This document shows, piece after piece, positions 17,601 to 27,712 of a stretch of DNA of 37,902 bases; the stretch's first letter is position 1, and every line of letters starts with the position of its first letter. The DNA is from Candidatus Binataceae bacterium (GTDB lineage: Bacteria; Desulfobacterota; Binatia; Binatales; Binataceae). The notes beneath the pieces were generated by a model. The model ran no database searches. It was not told the origin of the DNA and saw only the letters and a program-made list of their open reading frames with translations. A program made the translations under genes and the position numbers. The stretch lies in assembly GCA_035279875.1 (NCBI GenBank), contig DATEGX010000094.1, positions 1 through 37,902 on the forward strand, read 5' to 3'.

Positions 17601-17762
17601 ATGCTACATTATGCTTTTCTGTTCCTAATCGTCGCCCTGGTAGCCGGACTGCTTGGATTCTGGAGTATCGCCGGAGTGGCCGCCGACATCGCCAAGGTTC
17701 TATTTGTGATCTTTATCGTGCTGTTCTGCGTAGCCCTGCTTTTCGGCTATGCCGTAATATGA
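17601..17762 (+). CDS. UPF0391/DUF1328 small membrane protein (YtjA-like), 53 aa; below the ORF-track length cut-off
   Basis: Hand translation gives [53 protein letters not shown]. This fits the family pattern (...ALIAALLGFGGIAG.A..IAK.LF.IF...). GGAG lies 9 nt upstream of the ATG. Confidence 0.72.
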   Translation: MLHYAFLFLIVALVAGLLGFWSIAGVAADIAKVLFVIFIVLFCVALLFGYAVI

Positions 17763-17802
17763 CGTCGCGAATCCGCTAACCAACGCCACCGGAGGACACC
17801 AC

Positions 17803-18027
17803 ATGAAGGGAATCATTATCTTGGGCGTGGTGATAGCGCTGGCCGGGCTGATTACCTTCGCCTATCCGATGTTCACCACTAGCCGTTCCGAAGACGTCGC
17901 CAAGCTCGGTGACTTCAAGGTACAGACCCAGGAGCAAGTCCATCATTCGATTCCACCGATCATAAGCGGCGGGCTACTTGTGCTTGGTGCGGTGCTTATC
18001 GGGGCGGGCGCATTCGGCAGGCGATAG
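17803..18027 (+). CDS. DUF3185-like two-TM small membrane protein
   Basis: 74 aa with two hydrophobic helices flanking a polar loop (...KLGDFKVQTQEQVHHSIPPIISGG...). GGAGG lies 8 nt upstream of the ATG. Confidence 0.62.
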   Translation: MKGIIILGVVIALAGLITFAYPMFTTSRSEDVAKLGDFKVQTQEQVHHSIPPIISGGLLVLGAVLIGAGAFGRR

Positions 18028-18156
18028 AAACGGGTCCTTTGGCATAACAGCCCGGCGGGAGGTGCCTTCCGCAGCCTTGATTGGGAAGGCTACTCCGCCG
18101 GTTTTCTAAACTATGAGCGAGATTCCGCAGGATTTGCATGCACAATTGGCAAGTGT

Positions 18157-19116
18157 TCAGGCAGCCTGCGCCGCGCGAGCATAGTAGCTGGCGATCTCGC
18201 GCCCAATCAGTTCTATCTGATGCGCCCAGGCCCCGGGTTCGGCCACAGGCCATAAGACAAACTTATCGAGGCCCCCAGCGACGTACTCCTGAAGCCGTTC
18301 GATTATATCTCCTGGCGAGCCATATAAGGTGCGCTGGATGAAGGCGTCTCCGCCCAGACCCATCGCGGCGACCATCGGACGCATATCCTCCATCGCCTGT
18401 TCACGCGAGGCGGCAAGACGGCAAAAGAGTATCAGACCCGATTCGATGCGAGCATTTTCACGCCCAAATTGGACCGCGTAAGCCCGAATTGTCTCCATAT
18501 TACGGGCGAATTCCTCGGGTGTCTGAAACGAGGCGAAATAGCCGTCGGCGAAACGGGCGGTACGCTTGAGGGCGCCGTCCGAACGTCCACCGACCCAGAT
18601 GTCGATCGTGCCCGAATCATTATGGGTACGCGGCTCCGGGCGCGGTTCGAGGCTCACGTTGTCGAAATTAAAGAACTTGCCGTGGAAGGTGGATTTGCTC
18701 TCGGTCCAGACTTTGCGCAGGACTATAATACCTTCATCCAGGCGGCGGCCGCGTCCCTCGGTCGGAACGCCGCAGGCGGCATAATCGGCCAGATTGGCCC
18801 CCGTCCCGACCGCCATGACCATCCTGCCGTGCGAAAGATAGTCCAGCGTCGCAAACGATTTGGCCGCGACCAGCGGATGCCTCATGTTGAGCAGGAAGAC
18901 GCTCGGGCCGAGCTTGATCCGCGAAGTGTGCGCAGCCAACAGCGAGAGCGTGGCGACGACGTCCAGCTCGGGCGACGGCGCCAGCACATGGTCGGACAGC
19001 CAGAACGAATCGAGGCCCCATTCCTCGGCGCGCTGCGCGACGTTGACGATCGTTGCCGCGGACGGGAGTCCCAGCTTGAACAATCCGAAGCCCACTCCCA
19101 CCTTGATCTGCTTCAT
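18157..19116 (-). CDS. LLM-class (luciferase-like) flavin/F420-dependent oxidoreductase
   Basis: MKQIKVGVGFGLF..., SFWLSDH, and a TIM-barrel LLM pattern throughout. I prefer the ATG at 19116, with GGGAGA upstream, over the track start at 19203. Confidence 0.8.
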   Translation of the reverse strand: MKQIKVGVGFGLFKLGLPSAATIVNVAQRAEEWGLDSFWLSDHVLAPSPELDVVATLSLLAAHTSRIKLGPSVFLLNMRHPLVAAKSFATLDYLSHGRMVMAVGTGANLADYAACGVPTEGRGRRLDEGIIVLRKVWTESKSTFHGKFFNFDNVSLEPRPEPRTHNDSGTIDIWVGGRSDGALKRTARFADGYFASFQTPEEFARNMETIRAYAVQFGRENARIESGLILFCRLAASREQAMEDMRPMVAAMGLGGDAFIQRTLYGSPGDIIERLQEYVAGGLDKFVLWPVAEPGAWAHQIELIGREIASYYARAAQAA

Positions 19117-19168
19117 GACGCTTTCTCCCGCTATGTTTAGCGACGGGTCAATGGTATTAACAAGGGCC

Positions 19169-19942
19169 ATGCGGAAATCGTCGCCATCCTCATCCCGCGC
19201 CACCAGCCTGACTTTTCTCGGTACGGGCGATGCTTTCGCGAGCCATGGGCGATTTCAATCCGGCTACCTGATCGAAGCAGACGGGCACCACATCCTGATG
19301 GAAGCCGGCCCCACCGCACTCTGTGCGATGAAGCGTATGGGCTTCTCGCCTGCCGATCTCGACATCATATTGGTAAGCCATCTGCATGGCGACCATTTCG
19401 GCGGACTGCCGTTCTTCATCCTCGAATACCTGTGGGAAAGCCCGCGGACCAAGCCGCTCAAGATTGCCGGGCCGCCTGAACTGGAAAAGCGCACCTGGCG
19501 GCTTTTCAATACCATGTTCCCGTTTTCCAGCGGCGATATCGAACGAGTCAAACGCAGCCTCGAATTTACCGAATTGCACCCAGGCCGTAAGACCCGCCTC
19601 GGAAACGTCCAGATCCAGACAATTCGCGTGCCTCATATGAAGTTGGACCAGTCGCTGGCGCTTCGGATTGGGGTCGGCGGCAAGACCATCGTGTTTTCCG
19701 GCGATACCGGCTGGACCGACGAACTGGTCGATTTTACCGCCGGGGCGGACTTGTTCCTCTGCGAATGTACGTACTTCGAAAATCAACTCGGCATCCATCT
19801 CAACTACCCGCTGCTCGAATCGAAGCGCGAAACCTTTGATGTTAAGCGAATCGTGCTTACTCACGTGGGCCGCGAGGTACTCGACCACGAGGCGGAGTTG
19901 AAGATGGAAGTGGCCTCCGATGGTCTGAAGATCGAGGTCTGA
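19169..19942 (+). CDS. MBL-fold metallo-hydrolase (RNase Z/PhnP-like)
   Basis: LTFLGTGDAF..., HxHxDH motif (VSHLHGDHFGG), and later SGDTGW and LTHVG. I chose the in-frame ATG at 19169. The longer track ORF from 18860 would overlap the divergent LLM gene. Confidence 0.8.
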   Translation: MRKSSPSSSRATSLTFLGTGDAFASHGRFQSGYLIEADGHHILMEAGPTALCAMKRMGFSPADLDIILVSHLHGDHFGGLPFFILEYLWESPRTKPLKIAGPPELEKRTWRLFNTMFPFSSGDIERVKRSLEFTELHPGRKTRLGNVQIQTIRVPHMKLDQSLALRIGVGGKTIVFSGDTGWTDELVDFTAGADLFLCECTYFENQLGIHLNYPLLESKRETFDVKRIVLTHVGREVLDHEAELKMEVASDGLKIEV

Positions 19943-20086
19943 ATTCGCCCTACAACCCCTCCAGCCCACGGCGGACTTGTATTGCCACGATGACGCCGAA
20001 CGCCGTTCTTTTTCGCCGAAAATTCTCCCCGATACAATCAAGATCGCGCTTCCAGCCTGGCGTCCGGCTACAATAGAGGCAGCGCG

Positions 20087-21529
20087 ATGGAACCGCCGCT
20101 TGCCGCAATCATTCTCGCCGCCGGGCTCGGGACCCGGATGCGCTCGGAGCGTGCCAAGGTCCTGCATGAACTGGCCGGCGAACCGATTATCGCGCGGGCG
20201 CTGCGGGCATTTGCCGCCAATCGGCCGCAGCCGCTGATCCTGGTGGTGGGGCATCAGGCTGGCGAGGTTGAAGCGGCGGCGCAGCGCGCCTTCGATTCGA
20301 AAGGTTTGCAAACGGCGTTGCAAGCAAGCCAGCGCGGTACCGGAGACGCTGCGCGAATCGCGCTTGCGGCATTGCCGGAAAGCTTTTTGGGCGACGTGCT
20401 GATTGGCTATGGCGATATGCCACGGCTCAATCCCGACACTTTGCGCGCCTTTATCGAAGACCATCGCCGGCGCGGCGCGGTGTTGTCCTTCATCAGCGTC
20501 AGGATCGCCGAGCCAGCCAACTACGGGCGCGTCATGCGCGACCAGCGCGGCGCGGTCCAGGCAATCGTTGAAGCGCGCGACGCGACCGCGGCGGAACTTC
20601 AGATTAACGAGGTCAACACCGGAATCTATCTCGGCGATGCAGGCTTGCTGCGTTCGCTCGTGGCCGAGCTTCGTTCCGACAACGCGCAAAACGAATTTTA
20701 CCTGACAGATATTATAGCCATTGCCCGGCGGCGCGGGCTCGAGGTCAATGCCTGGATTGCGGACAACGCCGCCGAATTCGCAGGAATCAATTCGCGCCAG
20801 GAGCTTGCGCAAATGGAAACTCAAATTCGCGAGGAAACCAACCGGCGGCTGATGGACGCCGGGGTCACCATGATCGATCCGGCCACTGCCTATATCGGTC
20901 CCGAAGTGGAAATCGGCCGCGACACCACCATCGGTCCCAACGTCCAGATCATGGGCAGGAGCCGTATCGGCTGCGGCGTACTGATTGAAGGCACCGCGTG
21001 GCTGCGCGACGTCGAAATCGGCGACGGTTGCCATTTGAAGCTCGGGGTCCGCGCGGAACAGTGCCAGATCGGTGCGGAGTGCGAGATTGGACCATTCGCG
21101 AACCTGCGCGAGGGCACCCGTCTCGAAGGCCATAACCGTATAGGCAATTTCGTCGAAACCAAGAAGGCCAGGATTGGCCGCGGCACCAAGGCCAGCCACT
21201 TGAGCTACCTCGGCGACACGGTAATCGGCTGCGACACCAACGTCGGATGCGGCGTTATTACGGTAAACTACGACGGTTACGACAAGCACGTCACCCGCAT
21301 CGGCGACCGCTGCATGGTTGGATGCGACACGCAATTGATCGCGCCCGTAACCGTCGGCAACGACGTATATGTTGCCTCGGGCACCACGATTCTGCGCGAC
21401 GTGCCGGACGGCGCGCTTGCGCTCTCGCATCATCCGCAAGGCGAAAAACCGGGCTGGACCGCAGGATGGCATCGGCGCCATGAAAATCATCCGAAGGCGG
21501 GCGGGCGCGGTTCGGACGGCCGCGAATAA
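20087..21529 (+). CDS. glmU: Bifunctional UDP-N-acetylglucosamine pyrophosphorylase / glucosamine-1-phosphate N-acetyltransferase GlmU
   Basis: N-terminal LAAGLGTRMRS nucleotidyltransferase motif. The C-terminal half has left-handed beta-helix hexapeptide repeats. It sits directly upstream of glmS. Confidence 0.92.
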   Translation: MEPPLAAIILAAGLGTRMRSERAKVLHELAGEPIIARALRAFAANRPQPLILVVGHQAGEVEAAAQRAFDSKGLQTALQASQRGTGDAARIALAALPESFLGDVLIGYGDMPRLNPDTLRAFIEDHRRRGAVLSFISVRIAEPANYGRVMRDQRGAVQAIVEARDATAAELQINEVNTGIYLGDAGLLRSLVAELRSDNAQNEFYLTDIIAIARRRGLEVNAWIADNAAEFAGINSRQELAQMETQIREETNRRLMDAGVTMIDPATAYIGPEVEIGRDTTIGPNVQIMGRSRIGCGVLIEGTAWLRDVEIGDGCHLKLGVRAEQCQIGAECEIGPFANLREGTRLEGHNRIGNFVETKKARIGRGTKASHLSYLGDTVIGCDTNVGCGVITVNYDGYDKHVTRIGDRCMVGCDTQLIAPVTVGNDVYVASGTTILRDVPDGALALSHHPQGEKPGWTAGWHRRHENHPKAGGRGSDGRE

Positions 21530-21567
21530 CGTTCCAGCTTCTCGCGGGGGATTCAGGAGTCGTCACT

Positions 21568-23400
21568 ATGTGTGGAATTGTCGGATATGTCGGGCCCCGC
21601 GAAGCGCCGCCGATCCTGCTTGGCGGTCTGCAGCGACTCGAGTACCGCGGCTATGACTCGGCCGGCGTCGCGACGCTCAGCGCGGGCGGCGTTTTGGAAA
21701 TCCGCAGGGCCGTCGGCAAGCTCGACCATCTGCGCAAGGTGCTCGAAGAATCTCCGGTAGCCGGCCATATCGGCATCGGTCATACCCGCTGGGCGACCCA
21801 CGGCCGTCCGTCAGAAACCAACGCCCATCCGCATCAGGCCGGACCGGTGGCGGTTATTCATAACGGGATTATCGAGAATTACACCGACCTGCGCGCGCGG
21901 CTGCTCAAGCGCGGCCATAAGCTCCGGTCCGAAACCGATACGGAGTTGATCTCGCATCTGGTCGAGGAGCGCTTGCGCGAGAAACCGGGGCTGGCCGAGG
22001 CCGTGCGCGCGGTGGTTGCCGAGTTGCGGGGATCGTTTTCGATCGTCGTGATGTCCGAGACCGAGCCGGGCAAGCTGGTCGCCGCCAAGACCGCGACGCC
22101 GCTGGTCCTCGGGCTGGGTGACGGCGAGAACTTCGTCGCCTCGGATATTCCGGCGATTCTCGAACATACCCGGCGCGCGCTTATCCTCGAGGACGGCGAA
22201 CTCGCCGAACTAAGCGCGCATTCAGTCTCGCTGATGACCTTCGCGGGCACGCCGGTCGAGCGCCCACCGCGGCAAATCGAATGGGACGCGGTGGCGGCCA
22301 CCAAGGGCGGCTACCAGCATTACCTGCGCAAGGAAATCAGCGAGCAGCCGCAAGCCTGGATCGATACGCTGAGCGGCCGCGCCGGCACCGGTTCCGCCGA
22401 AGTGCTGTTCGAGGAAGATTTGCTGCCAGCGGGCGGTCCGAATGCCATCGGGCGCATCGTGATGGTTTCGGCTGGGGCCTCGTGGATTTCCTCGCTCATC
22501 GGCAAGTTCATGATCGAGGAGCTATGCGGGATTCCCGCCGAAGTCGATTATTCAGCCGAGTTCCGCTACCGCAGCCCGGCGATCGACGAACACACCTTGA
22601 TCGTCGCGGTCTCGCAATCCGGTGAGACCGCCGACACGCTGGCCGCGATGGAGGAAGGCAGGCGGCGCGGCTCTCATCTGGTGGCGCTGACCAATACCGT
22701 GGACTCCTCGATCGCGCGCAAGGCCAATGGCCGGCTCTACACCCGTTGCGGCCCGGAAATCAGCGTCACCACCACCAAATGCTTCCTCGCGCAGATCGAG
22801 TCCTTCTATCTGCTGGCGATTCACCTGGCCGCGCGGATGGGCCGAATCGACTTGCGCCGCGCGGCGGAGTTGCTGAGGCCAGCCTTCGCGATTCCGAACC
22901 AGATCGAGGCGATTCTCGCCCAGGAGCGGCAGATCGAGAAGATTGCGCGAAAGTACGGCAAGGCGCGCGATTTCCTCTATCTCGGCCGTGGCATCAATTA
23001 CCCGGTCGCGCTCGAAGGCGCGCTCAAGCTCAAGGAGATTTCCTATATCCACGCCGAAGGTTACTCGGCCGGCGAGATGAAACACGGACCGATCGCGCTC
23101 ATCGATGAAGAGATGCCGGTGGTGGTGATAATCCCCAACGACATTGTCTTCGACAAGACCTTGTCCAACCTGAAGGAGGTCGAATCGCGCAACGGCCGGA
23201 TCATTGCCGTCACCGATCGCCGTACACCCGAACTCGAGGAAGTTGCCTGGGAGATAATCGACGTGCCATCGACCAACCACTTCCTGATGCCGGTGCTGAC
23301 GACGGTGCCGCTCCAGTTGCTCGCCTACCATATCGCGGTCTATCGCGGCACCGACGTCGACCAGCCGCGCAACCTGGCGAAATCGGTCACGGTCGAATAG
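21568..23400 (+). CDS. glmS: Glutamine--fructose-6-phosphate aminotransferase GlmS
   Basis: MCGIVGYVG N-terminal nucleophile Cys, two SIS domains and the canonical C-terminus ...DQPRNLAKSVTVE. 610 aa. Confidence 0.96.
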   Translation: MCGIVGYVGPREAPPILLGGLQRLEYRGYDSAGVATLSAGGVLEIRRAVGKLDHLRKVLEESPVAGHIGIGHTRWATHGRPSETNAHPHQAGPVAVIHNGIIENYTDLRARLLKRGHKLRSETDTELISHLVEERLREKPGLAEAVRAVVAELRGSFSIVVMSETEPGKLVAAKTATPLVLGLGDGENFVASDIPAILEHTRRALILEDGELAELSAHSVSLMTFAGTPVERPPRQIEWDAVAATKGGYQHYLRKEISEQPQAWIDTLSGRAGTGSAEVLFEEDLLPAGGPNAIGRIVMVSAGASWISSLIGKFMIEELCGIPAEVDYSAEFRYRSPAIDEHTLIVAVSQSGETADTLAAMEEGRRRGSHLVALTNTVDSSIARKANGRLYTRCGPEISVTTTKCFLAQIESFYLLAIHLAARMGRIDLRRAAELLRPAFAIPNQIEAILAQERQIEKIARKYGKARDFLYLGRGINYPVALEGALKLKEISYIHAEGYSAGEMKHGPIALIDEEMPVVVIIPNDIVFDKTLSNLKEVESRNGRIIAVTDRRTPELEEVAWEIIDVPSTNHFLMPVLTTVPLQLLAYHIAVYRGTDVDQPRNLAKSVTVE

Positions 23401-23467
23401 GAGCGCAGTCCGGTTAAACCGACGCAGTTTTAATTATTTCTGAAGCGCTGGCGGTTGGGACATCGCC

Positions 23468-24298
23468 TTAGCGGAGCATCGGCCAAAGCGACAACGCGGT
23501 TTCGGAGAACAACCAGCGGCGGTCCTCCTCGGAGGCGAACGCCAGCGCTTCGCGTGCGAGCGCCAACTGGTCCTTGAGGCTGCGGTCGTTGGTATTGGGG
23601 AAATTCGAACCCCACATCATGCGGCGCGCGCCGAACGCCTCGAGCAGCCGGCGGAAAAATTCCCTGGGTGTGCTGGCTCCGCGCGCGGCCGCGTAAAGAT
23701 TCACGCTCGAGAATTTCAGATAGACGTTCGGCAGCTTAACGAGCTCGAACAGCGGCGCCGCGGCTCCATACGGCGGACCTTCCTCCAGTGGCGGCAGCCC
23801 CAGATGATCGAGCGCGACATGGACCCGCGGATGGCGTTCGATCGCTGTACGCAGCCGCGCCAGTTGGCGCCAGCGCAGGCATACGCAGACTGGAATGTTC
23901 AGCGCACCGGCTCTCTCCCATAATGGAAAACTTGCCGGATCGTCGAGCCATGCAGGGTCGCGTTCCGCTGCCGGAAAGAGCCGGAGACCGCGCACCCCGC
24001 GCTGCTCAACCCAGTAACTCAACTGGTCCGGGGCGTCGGGCCGCGCCGGATCGAGAATACATACGCTGACGAAACGATCGGGACGCAGCGCGGCCGCATC
24101 GGCGACGTAACTGTTGTCGTATTCGTAGGCGCTATGCGCCTGCACCAGCATCGCTCGGTCAATCCCCGCGGCAGTCATCAGCTCGAGCATGGTTTCGGCC
24201 GACATGTCGGCGACCCATTCGATGTTGGCACGCGCGAGCTTGCGCGGATATTTGATCTGATCCGGCGCGACGATATGCACATGAGTATCGATTGTCAC
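23468..24298 (-). CDS. Amidohydrolase family protein (Amidohydro_2 type)
   Basis: MTIDTHVHI metal-binding HxH at the N-terminus. 276 aa with a TIM-barrel hydrolase pattern. Confidence 0.78.
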   Translation of the reverse strand: MTIDTHVHIVAPDQIKYPRKLARANIEWVADMSAETMLELMTAAGIDRAMLVQAHSAYEYDNSYVADAAALRPDRFVSVCILDPARPDAPDQLSYWVEQRGVRGLRLFPAAERDPAWLDDPASFPLWERAGALNIPVCVCLRWRQLARLRTAIERHPRVHVALDHLGLPPLEEGPPYGAAAPLFELVKLPNVYLKFSSVNLYAAARGASTPREFFRRLLEAFGARRMMWGSNFPNTNDRSLKDQLALAREALAFASEEDRRWLFSETALSLWPMLR

Positions 24299-24455
24299 GG
24301 CTCACCGCCTTTGGAGATTTTCTGCTGGTGCGGTTATTCGTAGCGCAAGAGCCGCGGCGTGGTCGAGCGCGCTCGCGCCGGCGCACCAGGTCGGTAATGA
24401 TGCCCGGAGAAATTCGCGATCAGCATATCGCCTGACAAGGGGAGCAGGATAAATC

Positions 24456-25640
24456 ATGGCGGATGTTCGGCCGCTCGCCGGCCTCAAGGTAATCGACCTC
24501 ACCCGCTATCTGGCGGGGCCATTCTGCACGCAGATTCTCGGCGACTACGGCGCTGAAGTAATCAAGGTCGAGCCGGTCGAGGGCGCGCGCAGCGAACTCG
24601 GCGGTTCCAGCGGCAAGGATTCCTACTTCTTCATGAGCACCAACCGGTCGAAAAAAAGCGTGCAGATTTCGACCAGGAGCGTCGAAGGGCGAGCGGTGCT
24701 GGAACGGTTACTCGAAACCGCCGACGTCATGGTCGAGAATTTTCGTCCGGGGGTGATCGAAGCGATCGGCTTTGGCTACGAGACCCTCGCCAAACGTAAT
24801 CCGCGGATAATTTCATGCAGCGTTTCAGGTTTCGGCGCGAGCGGTCCGATGCGCGACTTTCCGGGCTTCGACCAAATCGCCCAGGGCTTTTCCGGGCTGA
24901 TGAGCGTGACCGGCACCGCCGAGAGTGGGCCGACCCGCGTGGGAATTGCGATCTGCGATTTGCTCGGAGGGATTTTCGCGGCGCAGGGAATCCTGCTGGC
25001 CCTGCAATCGCGCAATCGCACGGGCCGCGGACAAAAAGTCGAGACCTCGCTGGTCGAAGCGATCGTCAGCATCCTGAGCTGGTCCGCGGGAATTTATTTC
25101 GATACCGGCAAGACTCCAGGCCCGGCCGGCAACAACCATCCATTGTCGTCGCCGCACGGGGTCTTCAAGGCAGCCGATCGGCCGTTCAATATCGCGGTCG
25201 GAAACGACGCGATGTGGCGGAGCTTTGTCGCCGTGATCCAACGGCCCGCGTTGGTGTCGGACCAGCGATTCCTAAGCCCCAGCGACCGCCTGAAGCATCG
25301 CGACGCCCTCACGGCCGAAATCAATCAGGCGCTGGCAGCGCATCCGGCTCAACAGTGGATCGATTTGCTCAATGACAAGGGCATTCCGGCGGGGCCAATC
25401 CTGACGGTCGAGGAGATGTTCAATCATCCGCAGATCGCAGCGCGCGAGATGATGCTGACGCTTGCTCATCCGGCGCATGGAGAGATTAAGACGACCGGGC
25501 TGGGAGTGAAGCTCTCGGAGACACCGGGCGAAATCCGCCGGCCGCCGCTGCTGGGCGAACATACCGAGGAGGTGCTGCTGGCGCACGGTTATTCGCGTGA
25601 TGAACTGGCGGGGCTGCGTGCGATCAAGGCTATCGGTTAG
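24456..25640 (+). CDS. Family III CoA-transferase (CaiB/BaiF family)
   Basis: LAGLKVIDLTRYLAGPFCTQILGDYGAEVIKVE..., ENFRPG and GFDQIAQGFSGLMSVTG, which contains the conserved catalytic Asp region. Confidence 0.85.
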   Translation: MADVRPLAGLKVIDLTRYLAGPFCTQILGDYGAEVIKVEPVEGARSELGGSSGKDSYFFMSTNRSKKSVQISTRSVEGRAVLERLLETADVMVENFRPGVIEAIGFGYETLAKRNPRIISCSVSGFGASGPMRDFPGFDQIAQGFSGLMSVTGTAESGPTRVGIAICDLLGGIFAAQGILLALQSRNRTGRGQKVETSLVEAIVSILSWSAGIYFDTGKTPGPAGNNHPLSSPHGVFKAADRPFNIAVGNDAMWRSFVAVIQRPALVSDQRFLSPSDRLKHRDALTAEINQALAAHPAQQWIDLLNDKGIPAGPILTVEEMFNHPQIAAREMMLTLAHPAHGEIKTTGLGVKLSETPGEIRRPPLLGEHTEEVLLAHGYSRDELAGLRAIKAIG

Positions 25641-25671
25641 GATTGCCGGCTCTACCTACCCACAACGGCAA

Positions 25672-25705
25672 AGCGGCGCGGACCCCGATTGGTCTCCGCG
25701 CCGCT
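25672..25705. terminator. Strong hairpin between convergent CoA-transferase and rpoD genes (possible bidirectional terminator)
   Basis: AGCGGCGCGGA (25672-25682) pairs perfectly with TCCGCGCCGCT (25695-25705), leaving a 12-nt loop. There is no clean U-tract on either side. Confidence 0.45.
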
Positions 25706-25731
25706 ATAACGTTCAAATCGGCTAAGTTGGC

Positions 25732-27492
25732 CTACTCGCGTTCCATGAAACCTTCCAAATTGCGCGAGCGTCCGGTCTGGCGCAGCTTGCGCAGCGCCTT
25801 CGCCTCGATCTGCCGGATACGTTCGCGGGTAACCGCGAACTGCTTGCCGACTTCCTCGAGGGTGTAGTCGGTCTTTTGCCCGATGCCGAAGCGCATCCTG
25901 AGGATCTGCTCCTCGCGCGGTGTCAGCGTTGCAAGGACCTTGCGAGTCTGCTCGCCCAGGTTGCCCTGGATCGCGGCTTCGACCGGCGAGGGAGCCAGCT
26001 CGTCCTCGACGAAATCGCCAAGCGAGCTTTCCTCCTCGTCGCCGATTGGAGTCTCGAGCGAAATCGGCTCCTTGACGATCTTGAGCACCTTCTGGACCTT
26101 GTCCAGCGGCATCTCCATCTGCTCAGCGATCTCCTCCGGGCCAGGCTCGCGGCCGAGACGCTGGACCAGTAGCCGGGTCACGCGCAGCAGCTTGTTGATG
26201 GTCTCGACCATGTGAACCGGAATGCGGATGGTGCGGCCCTGGTCGGCGATCGCGCGCGACATCGACTGCCGGATCCACCATGTCGCGTAGGTCGAGAACT
26301 TGTAACCGCGCTGGTACTCGAATTTGTCGACCGCCCGCATCAGGCCGATATTGCCTTCCTGGATCAGGTCGAGGAAGCCGAGCCCGCGGTTGGTGTAGCG
26401 CTTGGCCAGGCTGACCACGAGGCGCAGATTGGCCTCGGTCAGCTCCTTTTTTGCCCGGCGGCTCTTGTCCTGGCCCGCCGCGATAACTTCGAGCGACTGG
26501 GCGAACTCGTCGGTCGGCGCCTTAACCCGCCGCTCGATCTCGCGGGTGTTCTTTTGCGCCTCCTTGATGCGCGCGGCGATATCAAGCAGGTTCTCGCGAG
26601 TGCCGTTGACCTTGAGCAAATGACGGCGGTCTTCGGCCTCGCCCGCCTCACGCAACAGTTGGGTCTTGGTGCGGCCGGTGGCCTGCTCATAACGCTGGAT
26701 GAGCGCCTGGGCCTCGCGCGCCTCCCGCAGCATCCGGCGCATCTCACCGATCACCGCCTCCTGCAGATGATGCGACAACTCGAGGCGATGCAGCTCGCGC
26801 TTTACCCCCTCCTTGCAGCGCAGATAGAGCTTATCGAGCTTCGCCTTGGTCGGCGGCTTGGGCCGATCCTTGAGCTTGTCTTCGATTTCTTCGAGCTTGC
26901 CCCGCAGCGACTCCAGCTTTTTGGTTGCGGTCAGGAGTTTTTTGAGCTGTTTCTCGTTGGCTTCCGGGCCGCGCTCCTCTTCCGAATCGTTAGGCTCCTC
27001 GTTCTCCTCGAAAATGTCGCGAAGATCGGCCTCGCCGGCTTCCACCGCGGTGCCCATCTGGATGACGAAATTCAGGGTAACCGGCGAACGCAGGACCTCG
27101 TCCTCAACTTCGTTTTCGCCAGCCTCGATACGTTTGGCAATTTCCACCTCTTGCTCGCGCGAAAGGAGCTGGAAGTTGCCCATTTCTTTGAGATAAAGGC
27201 GAACCGGGTCGGAGGACTCGCTGAGGGTATCCGCCGCCGCTGCCGGCTCGGGGACTTCCTCGGATTCCTCTTTGACTTCGGCCTCTAATTCCGTATCAAC
27301 GCCGTCGGAAGGAACGTCGTCGAGGACCTTGATGTCCATGTCCTCGAAGCTTTCCAACGCGGAGCGCAGGTCAGTTGGCGAGGTCACGTCCTGTGGCAGG
27401 AAATCGTTGACCTGATCGAACGTCAGATAACCCTGCTCACGGCCAAGATCGACGAGACTCTGTAAGTCTTTCCCTTCGTACTTTTGCTTCAT
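25732..27492 (-). CDS. rpoD: RNA polymerase primary sigma factor RpoD (sigma-70)
   Basis: Region 1.1 ([11 protein letters not shown]), an acidic spacer, regions 2-4 ([54 protein letters not shown]) and a C-terminal [21 protein letters not shown] prefer the ATG at 27492 (MKQKYEGKD...). Confidence 0.96.
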   Translation of the reverse strand: MKQKYEGKDLQSLVDLGREQGYLTFDQVNDFLPQDVTSPTDLRSALESFEDMDIKVLDDVPSDGVDTELEAEVKEESEEVPEPAAAADTLSESSDPVRLYLKEMGNFQLLSREQEVEIAKRIEAGENEVEDEVLRSPVTLNFVIQMGTAVEAGEADLRDIFEENEEPNDSEEERGPEANEKQLKKLLTATKKLESLRGKLEEIEDKLKDRPKPPTKAKLDKLYLRCKEGVKRELHRLELSHHLQEAVIGEMRRMLREAREAQALIQRYEQATGRTKTQLLREAGEAEDRRHLLKVNGTRENLLDIAARIKEAQKNTREIERRVKAPTDEFAQSLEVIAAGQDKSRRAKKELTEANLRLVVSLAKRYTNRGLGFLDLIQEGNIGLMRAVDKFEYQRGYKFSTYATWWIRQSMSRAIADQGRTIRIPVHMVETINKLLRVTRLLVQRLGREPGPEEIAEQMEMPLDKVQKVLKIVKEPISLETPIGDEEESSLGDFVEDELAPSPVEAAIQGNLGEQTRKVLATLTPREEQILRMRFGIGQKTDYTLEEVGKQFAVTRERIRQIEAKALRKLRQTGRSRNLEGFMERE

Positions 27493-27712
27493 GCTTCTAA
27501 AGCTTCCGATTCGGTTGGCGCGGAGGCCATACCGATACACCACACTGGCACTCGGCCGAAGATCAAACCGTTGTGCGCCGCGTCAGGACACGGATCAAAG
27601 CCGGATAATCCGGCTCAAGAAAAGTGTGCAAAGCACCATAAACTAGGAAACCGCTAGAATTAAGTCAAGGAGCTTCCTTCGAATCCTCTCGGGGCGCTTC
27701 TCTCCTTACACT

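Noticed and set aside
19190-21490. A 766-aa ORF on the minus strand, the second-longest minus-strand ORF in the track.
   Set aside because: It runs antisense to the well-supported MBL hydrolase and glmU genes. Its translation is Arg/Ala/Gly-rich with no recognisable motifs. Long antisense ORFs are expected in high-GC DNA because stop codons are rare.
21530-21567. The glmU-glmS spacer, checked for a glmS ribozyme.
   Set aside because: At 38 nt it is far too short for the ribozyme core. This is an ordinary operon junction.
22552-23331. A 259-aa minus-strand ORF. Similar ORFs occur at 31318-32040, 32587-33240, 15209-15946 and 16013-16600.
   Set aside because: Each is antisense to a confidently identified gene (glmS, the methyltransferase, fabI or the helicase) and has no recognisable domains.
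26212-27288. A 358-aa plus-strand ORF.
   Set aside because: It lies entirely antisense to rpoD, whose identity is unambiguous, and it has no motifs.
27678-27686. TTCGAATCC, a tRNA T-loop-like string in the low-GC patch, considered as a tRNA or tRNA-fragment attachment site.
   Set aside because: No T-stem pairing flanks it on either strand, and no acceptor or anticodon arms can be drawn.
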